Below are positions 40,465 through 49,897 of a stretch of 64,000 bases of DNA, one piece after another. The notes below the pieces were generated by a model that saw only the letters and a list, made by a program, of their open reading frames with translations, had not been told where the DNA came from and did not search any database. This stretch comes from Cyanobacteria bacterium P01_G01_bin.67. GTDB lineage: Bacteria > Cyanobacteriota > Cyanobacteriia > Cyanobacteriales > Xenococcaceae. The position numbers and the translations under genes are program-made. Location of the stretch: contig JBCDEP010000007.1 of the NCBI GenBank assembly GCA_039179675.1, forward strand, positions 1,979 to 65,978, written 5' to 3'. How positions within the stretch are numbered: position 1 is the first letter of the stretch; each line of letters opens with the position of its first letter.

Positions 40465-42306
40465 ATGACGAGCTCTATTTCAGACAAGGAAATAAGTATC
40501 TTAGTGGTCGATGATGTTGCTGATAATTTACAGATTTTGGCAACTACTTTGAGCAAGGAGGGATATCAGGTGCGCTGTGCCAGAAATGGTTCTACAGCAA
40601 TACGGGGTGCAAATACAATTCTTCCCAATCTAATTTTGTTAGATATTAAGATGCCTGATATTGACGGTTATCAAGTTTGTCAGAAATTAAAAGCTAACGA
40701 ACAAACCCGCGATATCCCGATTATTTTTCTCAGTGCTTTAAATGATGTTTTAGATAAGATTAAAGCTTTTGAAGTGGGGGGAGTTGATTATATTAGCAAG
40801 CCGATACAAATCAAAGAAGTCTTAGTTCGGGTCAAAAATCAAATTTCTTTGCAACTAGCTAACGCTAAAATAATTGAATTAAACCAGGATCTCGAAAGAA
40901 GGGTTTATCTGCGAACTATTGAACTAAGAACTGTGGTTCAAAAACTACGACAGGAAATTAATGAGCGTCAGCGAGTCCAACAGCAGTTAGTTTATGATGC
41001 TCTGCACGATAATTTAACAGGATTACCGAATCAAGCTTTGTTGAGAGAAAGGATTTCTTTTACCATCGCCCATGCTAAAAGAAATCCTGGCTATATGTAT
41101 GGACTATTATTTATCGATCTAGATCGCTTTAAAATTATCAACGATAGTCTGGGTCATTTAGTTGGAGATCGGTTACTAATTGCCGTGTCTCAGCTACTCC
41201 AAGGATGTATTAGAGAAAACGATATTGTAGCCCGACTAGGAGGAGACGAATTTGTCATTTTGTTAGATGGCATACAAAGTCTTCAGGATGCAACTTCGAT
41301 TGGCGATCGCATTCAGCAAAAATTGCGATCGCCATTTGAACTAGAGGGTCAGAGTATTTTTACTAGTGCCAGTATGGGAATTGTGTTTAGCTCAATCGAA
41401 TATAGTAGCGCTGATGATTTGATACGTAATGCCGATATTGCGATGTATCGTGCCAAAGACAATGGCAAAGGGCGTTACACAGTTTTTGATCAGACAATGT
41501 ACGATGAAACCCTAAGACTAGTTGAATTAGAAAATAATTTACGTCTTGCTCTTGAACGTGACGAGTTTATAATCCACTACCAACCAATTATCGCTTTAGA
41601 TAACAATAGCTTAGTTGGCTTTGAAGCCTTAATTCGCTGGCAACATCCTGAAAGAGGTTTTATTTCCCCCGTCGAATTTATTCCCATAGCCGAAGATACA
41701 GGATTGATCTTAGACATTGGTGAATGGTTACTAAAAAAAGCTTGTCAACAACTACAAACATGGCGACAAAGATTTGCTTTTATCCCTCAGATAAGCTCTT
41801 TAAAAATGAGTATCAACTTAGCTAGTCAACAGCTACAAGAACCTGATTTTATCAACAAGTTAGATCAAATCTTATTAGAAACTGGGTTGAATGGTAATTA
41901 TTTAAAGTTAGAGATCACGGAAAGTGCCTTAATTGAACCAGAAGGAAATGTACAAGAAACTCTGAAACAAATTAGAAACAGAAATATTCAGCTGAGTATT
42001 GATGACTTTGGGACAGGTTATTCTTCTTTGAGTTATTTACGTCGTTTTCCCATTGATAATCTGAAAATAGACCGTTCTTTCATTGAGCAGATGAATTCTG
42101 ACTTAGAAAACTTTGAAATTGTTCGATTAATTATCACCCTGGCAAAAACCCTGGGAATGGATACTATTTCTGAGGGGGTAGAAACATTGCAACAACTCAG
42201 TCAATTAAAAACTTTAGGCTGTGAATTTGCTCAAGGATATTTATTTTCTAGACCCTTAGCTCCTAAAGCAGTTGAGTCAATGTTAGCTGAATATCCTCAA
42301 TTCTAA
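40465..42306 (+). CDS. response regulator with GGDEF and EAL domains (c-di-GMP turnover)
   Basis: 613 aa with a receiver (ILVVDDVADN, LLDIKMPDIDG). The GGDEF motif is intact and has an RxxD I-site (RENDIVARLGGDEF). The EAL domain has EALIRW, EITES, DDFGTGYSS, KIDRSF and EGVE motifs. Confidence 0.9.
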   Translation: MTSSISDKEISILVVDDVADNLQILATTLSKEGYQVRCARNGSTAIRGANTILPNLILLDIKMPDIDGYQVCQKLKANEQTRDIPIIFLSALNDVLDKIKAFEVGGVDYISKPIQIKEVLVRVKNQISLQLANAKIIELNQDLERRVYLRTIELRTVVQKLRQEINERQRVQQQLVYDALHDNLTGLPNQALLRERISFTIAHAKRNPGYMYGLLFIDLDRFKIINDSLGHLVGDRLLIAVSQLLQGCIRENDIVARLGGDEFVILLDGIQSLQDATSIGDRIQQKLRSPFELEGQSIFTSASMGIVFSSIEYSSADDLIRNADIAMYRAKDNGKGRYTVFDQTMYDETLRLVELENNLRLALERDEFIIHYQPIIALDNNSLVGFEALIRWQHPERGFISPVEFIPIAEDTGLILDIGEWLLKKACQQLQTWRQRFAFIPQISSLKMSINLASQQLQEPDFINKLDQILLETGLNGNYLKLEITESALIEPEGNVQETLKQIRNRNIQLSIDDFGTGYSSLSYLRRFPIDNLKIDRSFIEQMNSDLENFEIVRLIITLAKTLGMDTISEGVETLQQLSQLKTLGCEFAQGYLFSRPLAPKAVESMLAEYPQF

Positions 42307-42337
42307 AAGCATTAGTCACTAGATTTAGCCTATAAAA

Positions 42338-43270
42338 TTATTGTGATTGGTTTCGGCTACGCAAAACTTGTAAGAGTTTACTAAACTCGGCTGGAAGAGG
42401 CGCGATCGACGTAATTAAATCTTCTGAGACAGGATGTTTAAGTGACAATTGTCTGGCATGAAGTGCTTGTCCAGATAAATTGACCTTTAAAGAACGATTC
42501 GAGCTGTAAATCCTATCCCCCAGCAAAGGATGCCCTTGAGCAGCGCAGTGAACCCTAATTTGATGAGTTCTGCCTGTTTCTAAAATGAACTGCATCAGGC
42601 TGTAGTTCCCCAGTCTTTCTAGCGTTTGCCAATGGGTAATAGCATCTCTACCTCCATGTTCGACGGTCACAACCGCCATCTTTTTGCGGTCTTGTTTATG
42701 ACGACCAATCGGCAAATCAATTTTGCCTGTTTCTGTGGGAAAAGAACCATAGATGACTCCCCAGTATTCTCTTCTAGCAGTCTTCGCTTTAATTTGCGCT
42801 TGGAGATGCCGATGAGCGCGATCGCTTTTAGCAACTACAATCGCTCCTGTGGTATCTTTATCAATACGATGGACAATGCCTGGTCTTTCCACTCCGCCAA
42901 TTCCTGCTAAGCGATCGCAATGATAGAGTAAAGCGTGGACTAGAGTTCCCGTATAGTGTCCAGGCGCAGGATGAACAACCATGCCCGCAGGTTTATTAAC
43001 AATAATTAGATGTTCGTCTTCATAGAGAACATCTAGGGGAATATTTTCAGGAGTTAAATTTAGCTTCTCGGGTTCAGGAATAATTACCTCAAGAGAGTCT
43101 CCAGGGACAATTTTCCGTTTCTTGCTCTGACATAATTGATTATTGATGCGGACATGACCATCATCAATCAGCTTTTGGATGCGCGATCGCGAAACATTCG
43201 ATAGATTCCTTGATAGCCAACGATCTAGTCGTTCACTGTTCTCTGTTACCTGTAATGTAATCTTTTGAAT
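42338..43270 (-). CDS. rluD: RluA-family 23S rRNA pseudouridine synthase (RluD-like) with N-terminal S4 domain
   Basis: The ORF track starts at Met comp 42982, but the S4 domain (ERLDRWLSRNLSNVSRSRIQKLIDDGHVRINNQ) and LDVLYEDEHLIIVNKPAG continue upstream in frame. The proposed start is ATT at comp 43270, 5 nt after GGAG. The catalytic HRIDKDTTG motif is present. Confidence 0.8.
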   Translation of the reverse strand: MQKITLQVTENSERLDRWLSRNLSNVSRSRIQKLIDDGHVRINNQLCQSKKRKIVPGDSLEVIIPEPEKLNLTPENIPLDVLYEDEHLIIVNKPAGMVVHPAPGHYTGTLVHALLYHCDRLAGIGGVERPGIVHRIDKDTTGAIVVAKSDRAHRHLQAQIKAKTARREYWGVIYGSFPTETGKIDLPIGRHKQDRKKMAVVTVEHGGRDAITHWQTLERLGNYSLMQFILETGRTHQIRVHCAAQGHPLLGDRIYSSNRSLKVNLSGQALHARQLSLKHPVSEDLITSIAPLPAEFSKLLQVLRSRNQSQ

Positions 43271-43812
43271 AACGACTCCGATAAATCATGCTTCTTCTGC
43301 GATTTCTTATTTTAAACGGAAACCCTCTCATCCTGTTACGTTGAGAGTTATCAAAGGCATCGTTAAACAAATTTATTAATTCATGTCTCAATACTGTCCC
43401 GTTTTAAATTTAACTACTCTATTTAGTTTCCTGCCAATCCTCTAAGGCACCAATAACAAAGCTAGCTGCGGGATGATCGAGAAAAGAGTCTAATGCCGAT
43501 GATTAGTTTGATTGACAACTAAGTGGAAGGTTTTTGAGTCGATCACCCGATTTTAAATTTTTCCTGAAAAGCGATCGCTTTTCTCAGTATGACCAAGAGA
43601 AACCAGGCTGCATATCGACTTGCATAATTAAATTATTAATGAGATCGCTAATCAAACAAATTTCAGGATCGGGTAATGTTTTAGATAGTGCCTAGTTAGC
43701 TATCATTTATAAGGCTCTTGGTCAGAGTAGCTATAAAAAATACTATCTGATTTAATAAGATCCATAGACAAATGTTTCATTAGCAAAGAACTATCTCAAT
43801 CGATAAACAAAT

Positions 43813-44511
43813 ATGACTGCTATTACTCAATCTGCCTATAGCGATCGCCAAATAGAGGCTTGGCTTAGAGGTTTATATACCGTTGCCCTCGCTGATGGAA
43901 ATTATGACCCTGAAGAACAAGAATTAATTGGTCAATTAACCCAGGATTTAGTTGATATTGAGGCAACTAATCGTCTAGCAACGATTACTCCAGTTGAGCT
44001 GGCTGATAATTTAGGTAAAGAGTCTGAGACAGCAGAAAACTTCCTCCGTACTGCGGTACTAGTTGCGGTAGCTGATGGAGTCTACTCTGAGCCAGAATAT
44101 AACCTTTTACTCCAATTCAGTGAAGCTTTAGATATTGAAGTTGAAGCTCTTAAGTCCCTAGAAAACACACTCTACAAACCAGAAGCAGAACAGCCAAATA
44201 CAGCAGCAGCCTCCCCCCTAACCTCACCGCCTGAAAAGTCTAAAGCAGGAATAGATGTACTGTATCCTGTTAAAGATTGGCTGGAAGGAATGGAAGTTAA
44301 AGATCCTCGTTTAGCTAAATTTGTCTGTAAAGTAATTCCACCACAGTGTCCTTTTGAACGGGATATTAATTTATTTGGGCGCAAGGTAGCTCACATTCCC
44401 CCTCTTTGTAAGTTAAATCCTTTATACGAGCAGTTTACGATGTTGCGTTTTCGCTCACTTTCTTACTTGGCTGATGAATGTGGTGAAGATGTTACAAAAT
44501 ACATTAAGTAA
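43813..44511 (+). CDS. two-domain protein: TerB-like N-terminal domain plus Mo-dependent-nitrogenase-C-terminus (Mo-nitro_C) like domain
   Basis: 232 aa. The N-terminal segment reads AWLRGLYTVALADGNYDPEEQELI and the C-terminal segment reads FVCKVIPPQCPFERDINLFGRKVAHIPPLCKLNPLYEQ. The domain assignment is from memory only. Confidence 0.5.
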   Translation: MTAITQSAYSDRQIEAWLRGLYTVALADGNYDPEEQELIGQLTQDLVDIEATNRLATITPVELADNLGKESETAENFLRTAVLVAVADGVYSEPEYNLLLQFSEALDIEVEALKSLENTLYKPEAEQPNTAAASPLTSPPEKSKAGIDVLYPVKDWLEGMEVKDPRLAKFVCKVIPPQCPFERDINLFGRKVAHIPPLCKLNPLYEQFTMLRFRSLSYLADECGEDVTKYIK

Positions 44512-44651
44512 TTTGTAGAGGGTTTTGACACTTTAAGTTTATAGCTATTTGCAAGCTCCAAAATCTGGGACTATAAGCTTTAGATCAAGTTTGATTCCCA
44601 CAACACACCCCACAACACAATTATTATTATCTAGATATTTAAAACTTATTA

Positions 44652-45662
44652 ATGCAATTTATCGACTTAGCAGAAATAGAAGTAGTCGCGGGAAAAGGTG
44701 GCGATGGTATGGTAGCCTTCCGACGAGAAAAATATGTTCCAGCGGGAGGTCCAGCGGGGGGTAATGGCGGTTGGGGGGGGTCTATAATTCTGACAGCATC
44801 CAATCGCTTACAAACCCTACTTGATTTTCGCTATGCTCGCATTTTCAAGGCAGAAAACGGCAAAAAGGGAGGACCAAATAATTGTACAGGAGCCAAAGGT
44901 AGCGATCGCCTGATTGAAGTTCCTTGTGGCACACTGATTACCGATGTTAATACGGGTGAATTAATTGGTGATTTGACCACTGACGGAGAAACTCTTTGCG
45001 TTGCCGCAGGCGGAAAAGGAGGCTTAGGCAATAAACATTTTTTGAGTAATCGCAATCGCGCGCCAGAACATGCCCTACCTGGCTTAGAAGGGGAGACAAA
45101 ACGCTTGCGTTTAGAACTTAAACTAATTGCGGAAGTAGGCATTATTGGCTTACCTAATGCGGGAAAATCTACTTTAATCTCTTCGTTATCCTCTGCTAAA
45201 CCCAAAGTTGCTAGCTACCCCTTTACTACACTAGTACCGAATTTGGGAGTAGTCCGCAAGCCAACTGGAGACGGAACAGTATTTGCTGATATCCCTGGAT
45301 TAATTGCTGGCGCTTCTGAGGGTATTGGTTTAGGTCATGATTTTTTACGTCATATTCAAAGAACCCGTGTCTTGCTCCATTTAATTGATGCCACGGCGGA
45401 CAATCCTCTAAGTGACTATCAAACTATTCAGCAAGAATTAGAAGCCTATGGTCATGGCTTACCCGAACGTCCACAAATTATTGCCTTGAATAAAATAGAT
45501 GCGGTTGACGAAGAAATCTTAGAATTAATTACTACTGAATTACAGGAATTAACTCCTGTGCCGATTTTCCATATCTCGGCAGTTACTCGTCTAGGATTAG
45601 ACATTTTGATGCAGAAAATTTGGTCAATTTTAGACGCTGAAGAATCATCGATCTTGATTTAA
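44652..45662 (+). CDS. obg: GTPase Obg/CgtA
   Basis: 336 aa beginning MQFIDLAEIEVVAGKGGDGMVAFRREKYVPAGGPAGGNGG. The G-domain has GLPNAGKST and DIPGLI. Confidence 0.95.
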   Translation: MQFIDLAEIEVVAGKGGDGMVAFRREKYVPAGGPAGGNGGWGGSIILTASNRLQTLLDFRYARIFKAENGKKGGPNNCTGAKGSDRLIEVPCGTLITDVNTGELIGDLTTDGETLCVAAGGKGGLGNKHFLSNRNRAPEHALPGLEGETKRLRLELKLIAEVGIIGLPNAGKSTLISSLSSAKPKVASYPFTTLVPNLGVVRKPTGDGTVFADIPGLIAGASEGIGLGHDFLRHIQRTRVLLHLIDATADNPLSDYQTIQQELEAYGHGLPERPQIIALNKIDAVDEEILELITTELQELTPVPIFHISAVTRLGLDILMQKIWSILDAEESSILI

Positions 45663-45982
45663 ACAGATTGCTCCAACTTGAGGGCAGCACTACATTAGGA
45701 TTAACGGATACATAATTTACGCATTATAATTACGCACTATAATACTGTCTGCTCACAACCAAGTGCTGGGAACAGATACCATCCACAATTCTCTTGTTCC
45801 AAGATATCTCTGGGAAATACGAAAAATAGGTTCAAATCTCTTAAAGTCTACTTCTAGTACTAATAATTTCCCTCAATCGAGCGGATTTACGCCAATTAGA
45901 TCCCACTAGTGCATAAGTTATTGGTTCTCAACCTACTAGATAAATAATCAAACAAATACAGTTTAGTAAGTGAGACGGAACA

Positions 45983-46555
45983 ATGACTAACAAAAATCGT
46001 AAATTCAACACTGGATTAATCATTGCCTTAACTGCAAGCCTAGCTACTATTGCGCAACCCCAACCCGCATCAGCACAAATTTTAGAAATAGTTTCAGGCG
46101 CATTAGGTGGTTTGCTCAAAAGTAAACAACCTCAGCCTCAGATAATTCAGCAAAAAGTTCCTGTTCCTGTTCCGGCAGCACCAAGTAAACCTGATTTTAA
46201 TCTGGGAACAAATAATGCTAACGGCAATACTCTCCATCTTTGTATTTCTAATTGTTTGCCCCCTGGTTCTGCTCCTGCCCCCATTATTCGCGCTCCTCAA
46301 GCTGCACCTCAAATTGTTCAACAACCCCCTATTATTCAACAGCGCCCCGTAATTCAACAGCAGCCAGTGATTCAACAATCTCCTGTGGTACAGCAGCAAA
46401 CATCGAGGACTATTGTGCAGCAAAATGGAGCTGTCAATGGTACCAGTCAAATTTCTCAGCAATCATCTTCTCAATCGGCAACGGCACAAAACATTCCTAG
46501 TCGTCCCAACGTCAATATTCCTGCCACAAATCTACCTATTAACCTACCTCGTTAA
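45983..46555 (+). CDS. secreted Pro/Gln-rich repeat protein, hypothetical
   Basis: 190 aa with a signal-peptide-like N-terminus (LIIALTASLATIAQPQPASA). It has tandem (P/R/S)P(I/V)(I/V)QQ(Q) hexapeptide repeats. Confidence 0.5.
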   Translation: MTNKNRKFNTGLIIALTASLATIAQPQPASAQILEIVSGALGGLLKSKQPQPQIIQQKVPVPVPAAPSKPDFNLGTNNANGNTLHLCISNCLPPGSAPAPIIRAPQAAPQIVQQPPIIQQRPVIQQQPVIQQSPVVQQQTSRTIVQQNGAVNGTSQISQQSSSQSATAQNIPSRPNVNIPATNLPINLPR

Positions 46556-46688
46556 ATTGACTCAATCAAAAACGAAGGTATCTGTCGAAACCATTATTTG
46601 TAATTTTTAATTGATGAGTAGCGACAATCAAGAATAAATTCTGAACTTTATATTTTAATCCTATTGACAATTTTATTTGCTAATGAAA

Positions 46689-46716
46689 AGCGTTACCTCT
46701 CATAAGAGATAACGCT
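46689..46716. terminator. hairpin between convergent genes (possible bidirectional terminator)
   Basis: The sequence is AGCGTTAcCTCtcataGAGaTAACGCT. It is flanked by A-rich sequence upstream and T-containing sequence downstream. Confidence 0.45.
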
Positions 46717-46799
46717 TAATTAATCTTGAATAATCCTGAAATATCGGCTAACGATACATCCTAACCAGAAATGTTGGCAGAAAAGTTCTGAAGCTCAGG

Positions 46800-48605
46800 T
46801 TACTTACGACTAGAAATTACAGGGGCAGGATTAGAGTTGCTGGGAGCAGTCGAACTAGAACGTCTTCTTCTTCTTGTTGCTCGGGTTTTAGTTGCTGGTT
46901 TTTCTGGTGTTTGCATCATAAATACTACCAAAGGACGACTACGTAATTCTCGTTTAATCAAACGCTGCAATCCTCCTTCAATTTCTAAACGAATTCCAGT
47001 CCAGTCCACTTCGGGTTCCCCATCTCTAACGGTAGAAAAATCGTCCCAGCGATCGCTTAAAATTCTTTCGACAGTGCGATTCACTAACTGTTGCAGCAAG
47101 GTTTGTTCGACAGAAGTTACGACTCCACGCAAGTGTAATCCAGGAGCAGCAACTAATTTACCACTCCAATCAATTGCCGCTGCCACGGTAACCACTCCAT
47201 CTTCAGCTAACTGCTGTCTTTCTTTCATTACATCATCTTGGACGATTCCTGCGCGATCCACCAGCTCAATCCCTGAAGGAACTTCTCCGTTCATGCCAAT
47301 ACTATCTGAGGTAAGCTCAATGATGTTACCGTTTTTGATGATCACAATATTTTCTTCGGGAATTCCCATTGCTTGTGCCATCCCAGCGTGTTCGACTAAC
47401 ATCCGATGTTCGCCGTGAACAGGGACAAAAAACTTTGGTCTAGTTAAATTAAGCATTAATTTGTGATCTTCTCTAGCACCATGACCTGAAACATGGATTC
47501 CTTCACGACGACCATAAATTACTTTCGCGCCCTGCATCATCAAGCGATCTATCGTATTGACCACGCCGATGGTATTACCAGGAATCGGGTTGGCAGAAAA
47601 GACAATTGTGTCCCCCTCTCTTACTCTAATTTGGCGATGCTCACCCCTTGATATACGGGTCATAGCGGCGAGGGTTTCACCTTGAGAGCCTGTGCTCAGA
47701 ATGAGAACTTTATTTTCTGGTAAACGATTAACTGAACGTAGTGGTTCAAAAATATCATCACGGCATTGAATATAGCCTAACTTGCGGGCATGGGCGATTA
47801 CGTTAAGCATCGAGCGTCCAACCACCGCAACTTTACGACCGTGCTTCTGCGCTAGGTCTAAAATCATGTTGACGCGATGTACTGAAGAAGAAAAGGTAGT
47901 TACCATTAAACGCCCTTCCGCTTGACCAAAGATGCGATTGAGATTGGGATAGACAGAACGCTCTGAGGGAGTATGCCCTGGTACTTCCGCATTTGTAGAA
48001 TCACTCAACAGACACAATACACCTTTCTCGCCATGCTCAGCTATTTTCTGAAGATCAAAGTGTTCTCCATCAACGGGAGTATGGTCGATCTTAAAGTCCC
48101 CGGTATGAATAATTACTCCGATAGGAGTGTGAATTGCCACGCTAAAGCTATCGGCGATTGAGTGAGTATTGCGAATATATTCTGCACGAAAATGTTTACC
48201 GATTTGGACAATATCTCTGGGTAGTACGCTTTTGAGAGTAGTGCGATCGCTGACTCCAGCTTCTTCTAGTTTATCGCTCAAAAGAGACATTGCTAGGCGA
48301 GGACCATAGATTACAGGGATATCAAATTGCTTAAGATGATAGGCAATACCACCGATATGGTCTTCATGACCATGAGTCACTATCATGCCTTTGATACGAT
48401 GAGAATTTTCTCTGAGGTATGTCATGTCAGGCAAAACAATGTTAATGCCGTGCATTTGATCCGAGGGGAAACCTAATCCCGCATCTAAGAGAATAATTTC
48501 TTCTTCATATTCAAAAACACAGGTATTTTTACCAATCTCATGCAATCCTCCTAAAGGAATAATTTTAACGGTTGGCTTTTGGTTTTTTTTGATTACTTTG
48601 CTCAT
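46800..48605 (-). CDS. rnj: ribonuclease J with Arg-rich C-terminal tail
   Basis: 601 aa. It has a metallo-beta-lactamase/beta-CASP core (IIPLGGLHEIGKNTCVFEY, VTHGHEDHIGG, HVSGHG). The C-terminus reads TKTRATRRRRRSSSTAPSNSNPAPVISSRK. Confidence 0.9.
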   Translation of the reverse strand: MSKVIKKNQKPTVKIIPLGGLHEIGKNTCVFEYEEEIILLDAGLGFPSDQMHGINIVLPDMTYLRENSHRIKGMIVTHGHEDHIGGIAYHLKQFDIPVIYGPRLAMSLLSDKLEEAGVSDRTTLKSVLPRDIVQIGKHFRAEYIRNTHSIADSFSVAIHTPIGVIIHTGDFKIDHTPVDGEHFDLQKIAEHGEKGVLCLLSDSTNAEVPGHTPSERSVYPNLNRIFGQAEGRLMVTTFSSSVHRVNMILDLAQKHGRKVAVVGRSMLNVIAHARKLGYIQCRDDIFEPLRSVNRLPENKVLILSTGSQGETLAAMTRISRGEHRQIRVREGDTIVFSANPIPGNTIGVVNTIDRLMMQGAKVIYGRREGIHVSGHGAREDHKLMLNLTRPKFFVPVHGEHRMLVEHAGMAQAMGIPEENIVIIKNGNIIELTSDSIGMNGEVPSGIELVDRAGIVQDDVMKERQQLAEDGVVTVAAAIDWSGKLVAAPGLHLRGVVTSVEQTLLQQLVNRTVERILSDRWDDFSTVRDGEPEVDWTGIRLEIEGGLQRLIKRELRSRPLVVFMMQTPEKPATKTRATRRRRRSSSTAPSNSNPAPVISSRK

Positions 48606-48949
48606 AGGGTTTCGTTGTAATTGGTTATTCGTGCTTTTTTTATTTACTCAATAAAAACTGTAAATTTGCCTTAGAATCTTGTTTTTTGTAGTGCTTTCTA
48701 AGGAATATAAAATTATCTTATGAAATACTCTTTTTAGTTTGCTAATACTAGCTATAAATTTCTTGGTAGCCAACGATCTTTTACATTACTTACCAAAATC
48801 TCTAACGTTTTGGGTCGACAAAGTTCTGACAAGTACTAAGTAGTAGTATCAATATTTAGCTTTTCTGACAATCTCAAATATTTAAAAGCTTGCTTTTTTT
48901 ACTCAGTGAATAATTTTCAAGGTATCAAATTTATTTAGAATAATAGGAG

Positions 48950-49840
48950 TTAAATTAAACTTAGTTCTCGTAAAACTGCTCTTAGATTTTCTAGTAGATT
49001 TAATTGTAGCTCACATAAAGGTGTTCGCAACTTTCCTAACTCCCATCCTTGTAAATTCAATGCTGTTTTAACAGGAATCGGATTAGTAGTCACAAATAAT
49101 GCTTGGAATAAAGGGAAAAGCTTGAGCTGGATTGCGGTTGCTTGCTGATTATCTCCGATCGCAAACGCTTCAATCATATCTTGCATTTGCTGACCCACTA
49201 AATGAGATGCCACGCTAACAACTCCAGAACTGCCGATGCTTAAAAGGGGCAAAGTTAAAGCATCCTCTCCTGAATAAATGGCAAAATTAGCAGGAGTCAG
49301 ACACCTAATTTTACAGGCCTGCTCTATGTTACCACTAGCCTCTTTAATTGCCACCACATTGCTAATTTGCGCTAGATTCGCTACTGTCTCTGGCTCAAGG
49401 TTGCATCCAGTTCTTCCTGGAACATTGTAAAGCATCATAGGTAGGTCTGGACAAGCTTTGGCGATCGCCTCGAAATGTTCATACAGCCCAGATTGCGGCG
49501 GCTTATTGTAATAGGGTACTACCTGCAAAGAACCGTGTAGATCCAGCTTAGCAGCTTTCTCCGTAGCGGCGATCGCCTCAGTAGTTGAATTAGAGCCAGT
49601 GCCCGCAATAATTTTAGCCCGCTCTCCAACTGCCTGCTTAATGATCTTAAACAGCTCATATTCTTCTTGCCAACTTAAGGTTGGGGACTCCCCAGTGGTA
49701 CCACAAATTACTAGACTATCACTACCATGATCCACAAGATGCACTGCTAACTTCTCAGCAACTCCATAGTTGACACTCCCGTCTGCGGCAAATGGAGTCA
49801 CCATTGCCGTGATTACTCTTCCAAAAGGTTCTTCACGCAT
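48950..49840 (-). CDS. dapA: 4-hydroxy-tetrahydrodipicolinate synthase
   Basis: 296 aa. It has [24 protein letters not shown] and VPYYNKPPQ, with the lysine Schiff-base context VAIKEASG. Confidence 0.95.
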   Translation of the reverse strand: MREEPFGRVITAMVTPFAADGSVNYGVAEKLAVHLVDHGSDSLVICGTTGESPTLSWQEEYELFKIIKQAVGERAKIIAGTGSNSTTEAIAATEKAAKLDLHGSLQVVPYYNKPPQSGLYEHFEAIAKACPDLPMMLYNVPGRTGCNLEPETVANLAQISNVVAIKEASGNIEQACKIRCLTPANFAIYSGEDALTLPLLSIGSSGVVSVASHLVGQQMQDMIEAFAIGDNQQATAIQLKLFPLFQALFVTTNPIPVKTALNLQGWELGKLRTPLCELQLNLLENLRAVLRELSLI

Positions 49841-49897
49841 CTATCTCTTTCTGACTTCTCATTGTTCTGATCCAAATTTTGAGGATTAAAATGTCGA

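Noticed and set aside
43566-43583. An 18-nt perfect palindrome, GAAAAGCGATCGCTTTTC, in the rluD upstream spacer.
   Set aside because: It is an extended HIP1 site. Such HIP1-centred palindromes are common in this sequence (for example the murA terminator stem), so it is not specific evidence for an operator.
44549-44764. A 71-aa ORF overlapping the obg start.
   Set aside because: It is an alternative-frame read-through of the Gly-rich obg N-terminus and promoter region. It has a basic, low-complexity composition.
45712-45743. Repeated ATAATT(T)ACGCA boxes (45712-23, 45726-36) followed by CTATAAT, upstream of the Pro/Gln-rich protein gene.
   Set aside because: This is probably just overlapping -10-like promoter sequence. 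The 13-14-nt period does not fit HLR1 or another motif I can name, and there is no supporting conservation data.
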